The notes under the pieces were generated by a model that ran no database searches, was not told the DNA's origin, and worked only from the letters and a program-made list of their open reading frames with translations. 24,202 bases of DNA from a virus (Duplodnaviria > Caudoviricetes), in the IMG/VR virus record IMGVR_UViG_3300002180_000062, positions 1 to 24,202 of that record; one strand, given 5' to 3'. Below, one piece after another: positions 15,835 through 24,202 of the stretch (position 1 is its first letter; every line of letters starts with the position of its first letter). The translations under genes were made by a program, and so were the position numbers.

Positions 15835-16079
15835 TACTTCGCCCTCGGCTTAGTGTGCTCGGTCAGCTCCGCGCGCAAACCTTCAAAGAAAAAACGTATC
15901 TCCCGTGCCTTGAGTGTTCGCGGATCAGGCAGTCCCGGATAATCTCGGCAAACCTGCAATAACATTTCGCCATAAACAGGTTCAAATGTATGACCCCGTT
16001 TTGGGTGCCTAAATTCAGCACCCTGCCGAACTAACGAGGTCTTGACTAGTCCATGAGTAGCGCAAAAAGCGCCTCGCAA
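15834..16079 (-). CDS. Tail assembly chaperone C-terminal (GT-like) frame, probably expressed by frameshift
   Basis: Lies between chaperone and tape measure in the -1 frame overlapping the chaperone's end; no convincing SD; alternatively a 43-aa ORF from MLLQVCRDY. Confidence 0.55.
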   Translation of the reverse strand: MRGAFCATHGLVKTSLVRQGAEFRHPKRGHTFEPVYGEMLLQVCRDYPGLPDPRTLKAREIRFFFEGLRAELTEHTKPRAK

Positions 16080-16459
16080 ACTTTAACATCGGTGCCGACT
16101 AGGCCAGCAAAAACGCTTTGATGTACTCGACACATCTGCGCCATAACCGCGTAGGTTTTTGAAACGTCATGATTCTTTTTCTTGCCGTCCATCGCCATCA
16201 ATGACGCGCCGGTTCGTTCGTGGAACGTAATGGCGTCGGTATGCTTAGAACGTTTATGGCTTGGCGTATACACCGCCTCACCTTTGTCGTTAACTATTAA
16301 GCTGCCTTTTTGGATAGCTCGAACTATTTTGCTTTTTTGCTTATTGAATGCGGTTAAATCTTCCGCGTCCATATCTGCGGTGTCTAAATCTAAATCCATT
16401 TCTTCAACGAAGCGATCAAACTCTTGCTCCGCTGTTTCTTTATCAATTACATCGGTCAT
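16046..16459 (-). CDS. Tail assembly chaperone (G-like)
   Basis: Position between tube and tape measure; acidic N-terminus; TAGGG SD-like sequence. Confidence 0.7.
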   Translation of the reverse strand: MTDVIDKETAEQEFDRFVEEMDLDLDTADMDAEDLTAFNKQKSKIVRAIQKGSLIVNDKGEAVYTPSHKRSKHTDAITFHERTGASLMAMDGKKKNHDVSKTYAVMAQMCRVHQSVFAGLVGTDVKVCEALFALLMD

Positions 16460-16552
16460 GATTTTTGCCCTATTTTAAATATGGTGCCACGCCCTCGCGA
16501 ACGAGATAGGGTTAGGGCTCCCGCGCAGCGTAGTGTGCCCTATAGTTTTTGC

Positions 16553-16936
16553 TTACTGTTTGGTTAAAACGCCCGGACCCATCAGAGAAACCGCTGCAGT
16601 TGCATTCTGGCTACTCGCTTGAGTTTCGCCAACAATCTGCAAGGTCGCTTGATACGTCGCACCGGATGCGTATGTGATCGCTCCCGGAAAGAAGTCGTTT
16701 CGATTTGAAAGTTCTTGAAGGAACTCTTGGTCGGCGCGATCATCGTCAATTTCAACCGTTAACCCGTCGATGCTTAGCGGTACGCGAGTCTTTATCAAAC
16801 GCGCGGTGCCGTCACCATTGGACTGGACTTCATTCTCGAACCCGCCTAGTTTTCGTTGAGCCTCGGCATCAGCGGCAACAGGAAAGTTGCGACCGTCGAG
16901 GGTAACTGATTCAATACTGCCGCCTACTGCTGCCAT
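16553..16936 (-). CDS. Tail tube protein
   Basis: 127 aa beta-rich protein directly downstream of the sheath; AAGGAG SD. Confidence 0.8.
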   Translation of the reverse strand: MAAVGGSIESVTLDGRNFPVAADAEAQRKLGGFENEVQSNGDGTARLIKTRVPLSIDGLTVEIDDDRADQEFLQELSNRNDFFPGAITYASGATYQATLQIVGETQASSQNATAAVSLMGPGVLTKQ

Positions 16937-16951
16937 GGTATTCTCCTTAAA

Positions 16952-18448
16952 TTATGCTACGACTTGAGATTGGCCAAAGAAAAAACCAAAATTCAAATCA
17001 ACTGAGATGATGTTAGTGTTTCCGCTTAGCTGTACCGTTGTGGCTACGTTTAAACGCTTAGGGTTGCCCGAGTCTATCTCTGCAAAGGTGTTTGCCTTAG
17101 CGGTTTCAGGGTCACTTATGATCGCATTCAAGCCTAAACTATCCAACATTGACGAAACTGCGGCGACTGCCGCTTTCGGCTTCTTAGCGTCTCGGTTGGT
17201 TGTTGGCTGGTCGTCTGGGATCAATGGAGCGCCGTCCCATTCAGCCGTTGCAAAAATCAAGTCCAAATTGAAAATAATGTTCTGCAGCTTAACGATATCG
17301 ACAACAAAGCGATACGCTGGGATAGGGTCGCCATCGGGATGGTAGAAAGTAATCGTATCCGCGACATTAACCACGCCGTCTTTGACTTCGATTGTTGAGC
17401 TTCCGCCCTTAACTGCGACGTCTCGGTCAACGTATGTCCATTGCTCGCCGTCGGTGCCGGGCGTTAAACCCGTAGCCGGTTGGCTGCCATAGTCGCGAGG
17501 CGGATTATTGTTTGCCACAACGACAATGCGAGCCAATTGGCGCGCCGCCGTTACGAACGGCAAATCGTTTGAACCTGGAGCGACTAATTGCGCGTTGGTT
17601 CGATCTGTTTTTCTTGCATCAGGGATTGCTGTTGCCGCCGAAACGGTTGTCGCGGTATTGCCCGTGAAAGCGATCATAGGCTTACGAGTTAACGCGCCCC
17701 AACGACCTTCGCCAAATGTTGCAAATTTGCCGAGTGTGGCCGTGTCTGCGATATCCATGCAGTTTAAAAACATTGTTTCCCAGACATCACCGACTTGCGT
17801 TAAAGCGTCGTCAACATCAGGATTAACTAATCCGCCAACCGGTTGAGTGAATGCGAAAGTAGATCCTGCTGTAGTGGACCCGATAACCTCGATAACTAAA
17901 TCATTTGCGCCGGTTCCTTCCCATTTGGAAGTAACCTCGACAACGCCTATCGCCGATGTAGCTGTGACGGGCATGTTAAGCGAAGCATTAATCGCCGCCG
18001 CCGCTTTTACTGCCGCATCTGTTACGGACTCCGCCGCATCAATAACGAAGGTTTCAGAATCAATATTATTGATCCGAACTATATAACTTGCCGCCTCGGT
18101 TTGAGCGCCTGCGATGGTGATGTCACCTACCGACGGAGCACCTGAAGCATCATCAACAAGCGGATAAACTGTCAAAGGGATCGTCCCGATGCCGTCACCG
18201 TTTGTTGGCATTAATTGTAAAGCCGCTAAATGAAGCGGAGAACCAAAGCCGTAAGTTTGCGCGACTTCAAGTGCGCTCGTTACCTGCTGTTTAGTTGTAG
18301 CGTAAGTTGAGGCGGTTGAGCCTTGGCCAACTAGCGCGATACGTTGGGGCAAAAGTAGAATACTCCCGCCGCGTAAATCTTTAAATTTCGTCGCAATGCC
18401 GACCACACGGGCTACGGCGGACGCGTCAACTGCTGTACTTATAGACAT
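16952..18448 (-). CDS. Contractile tail sheath protein (Mu gpL-like)
   Basis: QRIALVGQ, YGFGSPLH, AAAINA..NMPVTA, VTSKWEG..NDL, NPDVDDAL, NPKRLN; AGGAG SD; 498 aa. Confidence 0.9.
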   Translation of the reverse strand: MSISTAVDASAVARVVGIATKFKDLRGGSILLLPQRIALVGQGSTASTYATTKQQVTSALEVAQTYGFGSPLHLAALQLMPTNGDGIGTIPLTVYPLVDDASGAPSVGDITIAGAQTEAASYIVRINNIDSETFVIDAAESVTDAAVKAAAAINASLNMPVTATSAIGVVEVTSKWEGTGANDLVIEVIGSTTAGSTFAFTQPVGGLVNPDVDDALTQVGDVWETMFLNCMDIADTATLGKFATFGEGRWGALTRKPMIAFTGNTATTVSAATAIPDARKTDRTNAQLVAPGSNDLPFVTAARQLARIVVVANNNPPRDYGSQPATGLTPGTDGEQWTYVDRDVAVKGGSSTIEVKDGVVNVADTITFYHPDGDPIPAYRFVVDIVKLQNIIFNLDLIFATAEWDGAPLIPDDQPTTNRDAKKPKAAVAAVSSMLDSLGLNAIISDPETAKANTFAEIDSGNPKRLNVATTVQLSGNTNIISVDLNFGFFFGQSQVVA

Positions 18449-18459
18449 GTTAAGTTCTC

Positions 18460-19128
18460 CTAGGTTGTGTAGTCGTAATCGGCCTCGACTATTAATTGGC
18501 CGTCTTCCGTTCTGTTCACATCAACGGAAAGTAATTCCAAAGTCTCCAACGGTATTTGCGGGGAGAACTCGTTGAATTCTACTCGAAAAGCGAGTCGAGC
18601 ACCAACTATCTGTTGCATTTGGTTTGAGTCTTGTTGCGGCTGAAAGATCGTTATCGCCTGGACCCACCTCCGCCATACGGTGCCGCGAAGACCTAAATAA
18701 GTGTACTCCGCCGCCATTAAAATATTTCGTACTAACCTGACCGCTCTATGGGCTTCAAAGCCAGCTTCACGATCTCCGGGGATATGCCCTCCGTTGGGGT
18801 CGTCTGCGCTTTTGCCATATCCGTAACAATCGATGTTATAGACGGCCTCTGATTTTTGACGCTCGATAATATTACTGGACTTCAAATCAAAGTTTGAGTT
18901 ATCCCACCAAACGTTAACAATAGGACTCTCATCGGTTTGGTCGTTTAAAAAGCGTTCCCATGGATTTGACCGTTCTGAGAAAACTTGAAGTTCCCAATCG
19001 TCAGGATTTTTCGACGCGGCGGTAGCTAAAACCATCTGGCTTGCTACTTCTATCGCAAGTATCGCGGCGATTTGGTCGCGGATAACTTCGACGTTATCCT
19101 GTTTATCAATTAATGCTGCAATGGTCAT
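18460..19128 (-). CDS. Tail completion / neck protein (putative)
   Basis: Immediately upstream of the sheath; start re-called to ATG 19128 (ATGA overlap); 222 aa. Confidence 0.6.
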   Translation of the reverse strand: MTIAALIDKQDNVEVIRDQIAAILAIEVASQMVLATAASKNPDDWELQVFSERSNPWERFLNDQTDESPIVNVWWDNSNFDLKSSNIIERQKSEAVYNIDCYGYGKSADDPNGGHIPGDREAGFEAHRAVRLVRNILMAAEYTYLGLRGTVWRRWVQAITIFQPQQDSNQMQQIVGARLAFRVEFNEFSPQIPLETLELLSVDVNRTEDGQLIVEADYDYTT

Positions 19129-19508
19129 GGCTGGTAAAGCTCCAACACGCAAACCACTAAACCGAGTGCTCGATCGGGATTTGAAAGCATAACTTTAAAT
19201 GTGAAGTTGTTCCCGTTTATATCGTCAAAGGCAATAAGCCACGGTTTTTTTGTAGCGTCTGCGATACCTTGAGGAAGTGCCAAACCGGCAGTCGTCAAAG
19301 ATGAAATACGCAAAGCAACGGAAGCGAGGCGACCTGATAGGACTTGTCCGGTATCTGGGTCGATAACCTGCGCGATATCGTCAGAGAACCCCGTAAGCGG
19401 TTGAGCATTGCCTGTGGGGTCTGTGACGGTAATCGGCCAGCCGAAGCCAGTAACGCCATCCTCAAGGATAACGCCAAGGTCTGCTTCGGCTAACTGACGA
19501 AGGCTCAT
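19125..19508 (-). CDS. Head-tail joining / head closure protein (putative)
   Basis: 127 aa, beta-rich, synteny between capsid and tail genes. Confidence 0.55.
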   Translation of the reverse strand: MSLRQLAEADLGVILEDGVTGFGWPITVTDPTGNAQPLTGFSDDIAQVIDPDTGQVLSGRLASVALRISSLTTAGLALPQGIADATKKPWLIAFDDINGNNFTFKVMLSNPDRALGLVVCVLELYQP

Positions 19509-19510
19509 GT

Positions 19511-19921
19511 TTAGCCTTTAGCTACATGGCCAGACGTAACGAAAGCGTCAAGCGCTTCTTTTCCACCAGCGAGATCTTTGGCTGTAATCTCTGAGTTATC
19601 CGATAAAATTCCACGGCGTGTTGTGATCGCTTTACCGACAGGCACGTAATACTCCGGGAGTTTTTCAGCTTCGGCTTTTTTGGCCTCGGCTTGTTTTTTA
19701 GCTAGTAGTGCTGCCGCCGCTGAATCTTCTTCGGCTTGCGCTTCTAATTCTTTAAGCTCGAGTCTTTCTTTCTCGGCTTTTGCCGCTTCAATTTCAGCGT
19801 TCATTTCTTTCAAAATTTCCGCACGTTGTGCGTTATTTGCATCTGATACGTCCGGCGCATCTACGCCCAATGTTTCAGCCGCTTCATTAATTGATGCTTC
19901 TAAATCTTTATTGCTAGGCAT
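19511..19921 (-). CDS. Hypothetical head-associated protein (position of lambda FI packaging chaperone)
   Basis: Directly after the major capsid gene; Ala/Glu/Lys-rich helical linker plus small C-terminal domain; function by synteny only. Confidence 0.5.
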   Translation of the reverse strand: MPSNKDLEASINEAAETLGVDAPDVSDANNAQRAEILKEMNAEIEAAKAEKERLELKELEAQAEEDSAAAALLAKKQAEAKKAEAEKLPEYYVPVGKAITTRRGILSDNSEITAKDLAGGKEALDAFVTSGHVAKG

Positions 19922-19944
19922 AATCTTACCCCTATTTTAAGTTT

Positions 19945-19975
19945 AAAAAAGTGCCGCCCACATGACAAGGCGGCA
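19945..19975 (-). terminator. Rho-independent terminator after the major capsid gene
   Basis: On the - strand: TGCCGCC-ttgtcatgtg-GGCGGCA-C-TTTTTT. Confidence 0.8.
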
Positions 19976-19991
19976 AACGTAGGATACCAAA

Positions 19992-21086
19992 TTACAACTG
20001 AGTATCTAAACAACCATAAGTATCGATGGCCGTTGGGATCATCAACGGACGCGCACCCACTCCGCCGAACAATTGCTCGCCATCAGCGGACAACCAAGCG
20101 TTAGTGAATAAATCCATACCGCCAGCCGTGTTATTGATTCGACCTGGCAATTCAGGCAATAAGCTAGTCTGCTGATTACCTAACAACGCCCCGATGTTCG
20201 GAATAGCGCCAAACGTCGCATCTAATCGGCCTTGACTGTCACGAATGACGATCTTACCGGTATCAATGTACGAAAGTTTGTTGCCCGTCTGAGGGTCCTT
20301 ATATCGTCCCGCATACGTCCACATCTCATAGCGATAGTTACCTAAACGAATCCAGCCCTGGAACGTTGCTCCATTGCCGCGCGATTCAGGTGCTACGCCA
20401 CCAAGTTCGATGCGTCTCGTATCTAAACGAGTCTGAACGTCTGTGTCACTGATGAAGTTCTCAAAAGCGTCGATGCCGAAGATAAGTTGATCAGGGTCGC
20501 CCAGACCATCGTTTCGGATAATCTCACCCAAAGCGGTAAGGTCAGCCATTTTCTGAGCACCAGTAGCAGACGCCCAAGAAGTTCCTGCAGTCGGAAAGTG
20601 TGTTGCCTTCGGCTTATAGTCGAGCGTATAAAGCGCGACGCCGTTAATATCCGTCAACGTGACAATACCGGTCTGCAAAACCTGCGAGGCTTGCAGCTCG
20701 ACTGAACGGCGAATTTTACGCTCGATCTTTGTCATGCCGTTAAAGAGGCGCGTGATTACGTTCGCTCTAAAATCTGGCGATTCAAACGGATTCTCACCCG
20801 GCATACGCTTAATCAGATCGTGCGAATTAATCGGCAACGCTTCTTTGTGGATAGGCGGTTTAAAGCCTTTGTTGGTGTATAGGTCTTCCGAGTTCATTCG
20901 GTAGCCTGTACTCAAATCCTGAACCACTATCGAAATATCTTCATCACTACGAACAATATCGATTTCGACTTCTTCGGTAGTGTGGAAATTTTCAGGCGGG
21001 CTTTGGAAAAAACCGGATAGGAACAGCATCGGCTGAGCCATCTGGTTGTAAACACGAATCATACGCGTTGTATTAGAACCACTCAT
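19992..21086 (-). CDS. Major capsid protein (lambda gpE family)
   Basis: FLSGFF, TEEVEIDI, FKPPIHKE, IRRSVELQASQVLQTG, ARPLMIP; AGGAGAG SD; follows protease and decoration genes. Confidence 0.9.
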   Translation of the reverse strand: MSGSNTTRMIRVYNQMAQPMLFLSGFFQSPPENFHTTEEVEIDIVRSDEDISIVVQDLSTGYRMNSEDLYTNKGFKPPIHKEALPINSHDLIKRMPGENPFESPDFRANVITRLFNGMTKIERKIRRSVELQASQVLQTGIVTLTDINGVALYTLDYKPKATHFPTAGTSWASATGAQKMADLTALGEIIRNDGLGDPDQLIFGIDAFENFISDTDVQTRLDTRRIELGGVAPESRGNGATFQGWIRLGNYRYEMWTYAGRYKDPQTGNKLSYIDTGKIVIRDSQGRLDATFGAIPNIGALLGNQQTSLLPELPGRINNTAGGMDLFTNAWLSADGEQLFGGVGARPLMIPTAIDTYGCLDTQL

Positions 21087-21096
21087 GTCCGCTCTC

Positions 21097-21498
21097 CTAT
21101 TGGTTATCTAAAATGTTAAGTTCTTGCACATCAATTGAAACAAGCGAATAATCGCGCAATTGATCAAGAACTGCATTATCAACATTGGTGGCATCGCCAT
21201 CAGCATCAATAACTAAACGTTCGGCACGTACCGAACCCGAAACCATATCGCGTATAGCAATATCGCCTGCACCCGTTGAAGCAACTTCATAAGTTAAAAT
21301 CGCTTTAGGAATACCATTCTCGTTGGTAACGCCGCCCTTAACGAAAGGCACCAACTTTAGCGAGATAGAATCACGCGCCAGAATAGTTCCTTCCAAAACG
21401 GTTACTGCGCCGCCAACGGTCAGTAAATCATCACGGAACTTTCCTTCTTCAAGGATGATGCTCCCGATATCTACGTTTTCAATTCTAATGTTAGCCAT
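21097..21498 (-). CDS. Head decoration protein (lambda gpD-like)
   Basis: GTILARDS..KLVP...PKAIL; between protease and capsid genes; GAGGAG SD. Confidence 0.75.
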   Translation of the reverse strand: MANIRIENVDIGSIILEEGKFRDDLLTVGGAVTVLEGTILARDSISLKLVPFVKGGVTNENGIPKAILTYEVASTGAGDIAIRDMVSGSVRAERLVIDADGDATNVDNAVLDQLRDYSLVSIDVQELNILDNQ

Positions 21499-21504
21499 GT
21501 CCGC

Positions 21505-21855
21505 TTACTCCTCTGTATAGCCGAGTTTAGCAGCAACTAGGTCAGCAACATTACTGTCACTGGCCGAAGCGTTGTCGCTATCGTCCGCGCTATTGGCGGC
21601 GTTACCTGCATCATCGTCGTCACTTTGACGGTTAGCAGAATCGCTTCGGTTCATGCCCGCAGCCATATACGTTGCCTGTAAATTGGCGGTCATTCCTGCC
21701 CCGTCCTTTACGGCTGTAATAGCTGTGTTCATGTCGCCCGAGGCTTCACCCATGGTTAAATGCGCCGACACACGGTCGCGCTCTTTGGTTGCCCCATCTT
21801 GCATAGCCGCCGCGTATACGGCGGGATGCTGGGCTTTCAGTGTTGAAAGATCCAT
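21505..21855 (-). CDS. Nested in-frame scaffold protein (Nu3-like), 116 aa
   Basis: Internal ATG (MDLSTLKAQHP) preceded by GGAG 9 nt upstream, after a low-complexity linker; same arrangement as lambda C/Nu3. Confidence 0.65.
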   Translation of the reverse strand: MDLSTLKAQHPAVYAAAMQDGATKERDRVSAHLTMGEASGDMNTAITAVKDGAGMTANLQATYMAAGMNRSDSANRQSDDDDAGNAANSADDSDNASASDSNVADLVAAKLGYTEE

Positions 21856-22677
21856 ATTTCCGGTCTCCGGTTTTAATCCGCCGCTGGCGGTGGTTGGTTT
21901 AGTACTCTTAACTATTTTCAACGGGGAACCCGCTATGGCGTCAATCATACCGCGTTTTAATGCCGCTTCCGCCAAGAGTGTAGCACCTTGACCAAAGCGA
22001 GCGTTAACATTTTCGACTGTAGTGTCTCTGCCGGTGGCAATCGCATCGGCGAATATTTCGTGCATGGCGTCCAATTCTTCCCGAACCATGGCCTTGCCTT
22101 CTTCTGTGGTAACGTCTGGGCGTTTCTTCGGAGCGGCGGTACTTGTGATCGTGACTTCGTTATCTTCGACCCCAATCGTGGCCGCTACGCCAATACTTCC
22201 AATTCGTACAGCTTTGTTTGCCGCTTCGATTGAATCAGCTTTAGCCGCAATAGCGAAAGCCGCCGAAGCTGCTGTGCCGGTTACGTTAACTTTTAAAGGT
22301 TTACTAAATGTTTCAATTGCTGCCAAAACGTCAAACAGTCCCTCAAAATGGCCGCCGGGACTATCCACCGCAATGGTGGCGCTTTGGACACTATCATTCC
22401 TGTCGGCTTCTGCAAGTGCTGAAATTATTTCAGGGTAGGTAGTATTTCCACCGCCAAAAAGCATAGCGAAAAAACTTGGCGCTTTCGTGAGTACGCCTTT
22501 GATTTCTATTTCTGCTTTATCATCAACAACGGTTAGCAGCCGATTGCGAGGAGTGCCATCTTCGTTGAAAGCGTTAAACCTGGACTCGAACTGTATTTGT
22601 TGCTCAGCGGTAGGCATCACGCCATTGCGCTGTGCCTGCTCAAGAGCTTCACGTACTGCTGTTAGAATTAGCCACAT
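21505..22677 (-). CDS. Prohead protease, S49 family (lambda gpC-like) with C-terminal scaffold region
   Basis: IEIKGVL, VDSPGG, AASAAFAIA (catalytic Ser), IGSIGV, IATGR, GMIDAI; AGGA SD. Confidence 0.92.
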   Translation of the reverse strand: MWLILTAVREALEQAQRNGVMPTAEQQIQFESRFNAFNEDGTPRNRLLTVVDDKAEIEIKGVLTKAPSFFAMLFGGGNTTYPEIISALAEADRNDSVQSATIAVDSPGGHFEGLFDVLAAIETFSKPLKVNVTGTAASAAFAIAAKADSIEAANKAVRIGSIGVAATIGVEDNEVTITSTAAPKKRPDVTTEEGKAMVREELDAMHEIFADAIATGRDTTVENVNARFGQGATLLAEAALKRGMIDAIAGSPLKIVKSTKPTTASGGLKPETGNMDLSTLKAQHPAVYAAAMQDGATKERDRVSAHLTMGEASGDMNTAITAVKDGAGMTANLQATYMAAGMNRSDSANRQSDDDDAGNAANSADDSDNASASDSNVADLVAAKLGYTEE

Positions 22678-22699
22678 AATTTGTCCTTTTCTCTGGGGG

Positions 22700-22927
22700 T
22701 TATAATAAACTATGATTTGTCAATAGTACAGCAAGGTTATTTCCCGCGAGTGTATCTGGCAATTCTACTCGCTTTGCTGCTAAAGTCATAGCACCTGGCT
22801 GGATAAAGATTTCTTCCTTATCCCCCTCACCTATTCTGATCAATCCGTTAGACGTAATATGCAACGCCTGCTTGATTGCTTTCTTCAGCAAACCTAGCGA
22901 AGCAATGCCTAAAGATTTCAAGCTCAT
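22700..22927 (-). CDS. Hypothetical protein (75 aa)
   Basis: ATGA overlap with the upstream 415-aa gene; fills the gap to the protease gene. Confidence 0.6.
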   Translation of the reverse strand: MSLKSLGIASLGLLKKAIKQALHITSNGLIRIGEGDKEEIFIQPGAMTLAAKRVELPDTLAGNNLAVLLTNHSLL

Positions 22928-24171
22928 TGGCGCGTCACCGTACTGGTTGTCTCGCCGTCTCCCGTAATCACTTGATCAAGACTATTGTCCTGAGTTTTAC
23001 GGCTGGCTGGCGTCACGGTCATCGGGTTTCCGAGTTCTAGTCCGTGTAGCTTATGAATGTCCGTGGTTAGTGTGCTGGTCGTCTTGTCGACGAGAGTTGT
23101 ACCTGCCGAATTATTATTTATTTTAACATCGCCAGTAACGACTAGACCGCCAAGGGTGCAACTGGCGTCAATAGTAAGCTCTCCTTGCGCAAAATGTAAA
23201 TGAAGAACATCCCCCGCATGATCCATGTTGGTAACAATTAGGCCGCCCGTTATGTTATGCACGGCGGCTTGCGAAGGCTGCCCACTGTTCATACTAAGCG
23301 TCCAAGGTTGGGCGGCAATCGCAGGCGCAACTCTCGATATGAATAAATTACTGTTAGGCGCGACTGTCAAAGTTCCCGCAGCAGTAACAGTAAGAAAAAC
23401 ACCTGCCATTCCAGAAAGATTCACAAGCGCCGATTCATTAGCTTGCATTTGGCCGGTATAGCTACCTGTCACTTGGCAACGCCGGACGATAGTGTTGTCC
23501 ATTATTTGCCCGTTTAAGTCAATGGCCGGGACGCCAACGCCGTCAATCACGAAGTTTTTAAGCTGCCTATCAACTACCGCATCAGCCAGTAAAACAAGGT
23601 TAACTAAATTATTTTCTTCGGCGTAATCAACCGCCGCCGTCCAAGTGTTAAATGGTGTTTGCTGGTATCCGTTACCTGCGGCTAGCTTTTCAGTGTCAAT
23701 GAACACCGACCGAACGACTTGGCCGTGTACGTCTGACAGTTGAGTTTGTTGCGCAATGGACAGGGTGTTGCCTTGAGTTAGCTGAGCAACCTCCGAACCG
23801 TCGGTCAATATGACTATCGTTCTGCCTGGTCTTGGCTCGGCTAAGGGGACTGTTTCATCGTTAGGAACGAGAGTTCCGATCAAAGTTAAAACATGATCAG
23901 AATCGTGAGGAAGTATTCGCCAACCTTCGATACCGTTACGAAGACGAAAGAAAACTGGTTCGGTGCGTCCTCCGCTGGTTTCTTGGCCTGCCGTCTGGCT
24001 AGTGATAAACGGGAACCGGTGCGACCGTTCATCATCAGCGTTAAGCTCCCAGTCCTCTTTTCCGTCACTATATAAATCGACGCGTATGTCAATCGTCGAA
24101 ACACCGTTAACCGGCGGCTCGATTATTTCTATACGTCGGTTGGTGACATCAAATATCGCCTTTGCGGCCAT
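22924..24171 (-). CDS. Putative virion fibre/appendage protein with beta-solenoid region
   Basis: GGAG SD; SVFIDT...GNGYQQTPFNTWTAAVD resembles the cap preceding beta-helices; Thr/Asn/Gly/Val-rich strands follow; located in the head module. Confidence 0.5.
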   Translation of the reverse strand: MAAKAIFDVTNRRIEIIEPPVNGVSTIDIRVDLYSDGKEDWELNADDERSHRFPFITSQTAGQETSGGRTEPVFFRLRNGIEGWRILPHDSDHVLTLIGTLVPNDETVPLAEPRPGRTIVILTDGSEVAQLTQGNTLSIAQQTQLSDVHGQVVRSVFIDTEKLAAGNGYQQTPFNTWTAAVDYAEENNLVNLVLLADAVVDRQLKNFVIDGVGVPAIDLNGQIMDNTIVRRCQVTGSYTGQMQANESALVNLSGMAGVFLTVTAAGTLTVAPNSNLFISRVAPAIAAQPWTLSMNSGQPSQAAVHNITGGLIVTNMDHAGDVLHLHFAQGELTIDASCTLGGLVVTGDVKINNNSAGTTLVDKTTSTLTTDIHKLHGLELGNPMTVTPASRKTQDNSLDQVITGDGETTSTVTRQ

Positions 24172-24202
24172 GGTTTAATGCTCCGTGGCAGGCGTTTTTT
24201 TT

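Noticed and set aside
22681-22723. Perfect TTGACA (- strand, 22723-22718) and TATAAT (+ strand, 22701-22706) near the protease start
   Set aside because: They are on opposite strands, and neither has a partner hexamer at 16-18 nt spacing, so no sigma70 promoter is called.
24185-24202. T-run at the window end as a terminator
   Set aside because: No convincing stem precedes it; on the - strand it reads as possible Lys codons ending an upstream gene (…KKTPATEH*), and the window edge prevents assessment.

Overview
A 24.2-kb segment of a tailed dsDNA bacteriophage (contractile-tailed, myovirus-type) with two convergent gene blocks. The + strand (1-4576) is a replication block: the 3' end of a 20-aa leucine-rich-repeat-like gene, a DUF2815-type ssDNA-binding protein, two small ORFs, a truncated beta-clamp (DnaN)-like protein translationally coupled to a family A DNA polymerase (Leu762 type, with a CxxC-x12-CxxC insertion), and a MazG-like NTP pyrophosphohydrolase. 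The - strand (24171 down to ~4570) is the late operon: two unassigned genes upstream of an S49 head protease with a nested scaffold, lambda-like decoration protein and major capsid protein, head-tail genes, sheath, tube, tail chaperones with a candidate -1 frameshift, tape measure, a Mu-like baseplate set, a beta-helix tailspike, and a lysis cassette (M15 endolysin, 3TM holin, small genes, and an unannotated start-less 3-TM reading frame at the junction). No integrase, tRNA, CRISPR array or mobile element was recognised. All assignments come from motif recognition and gene order; no database search was run.
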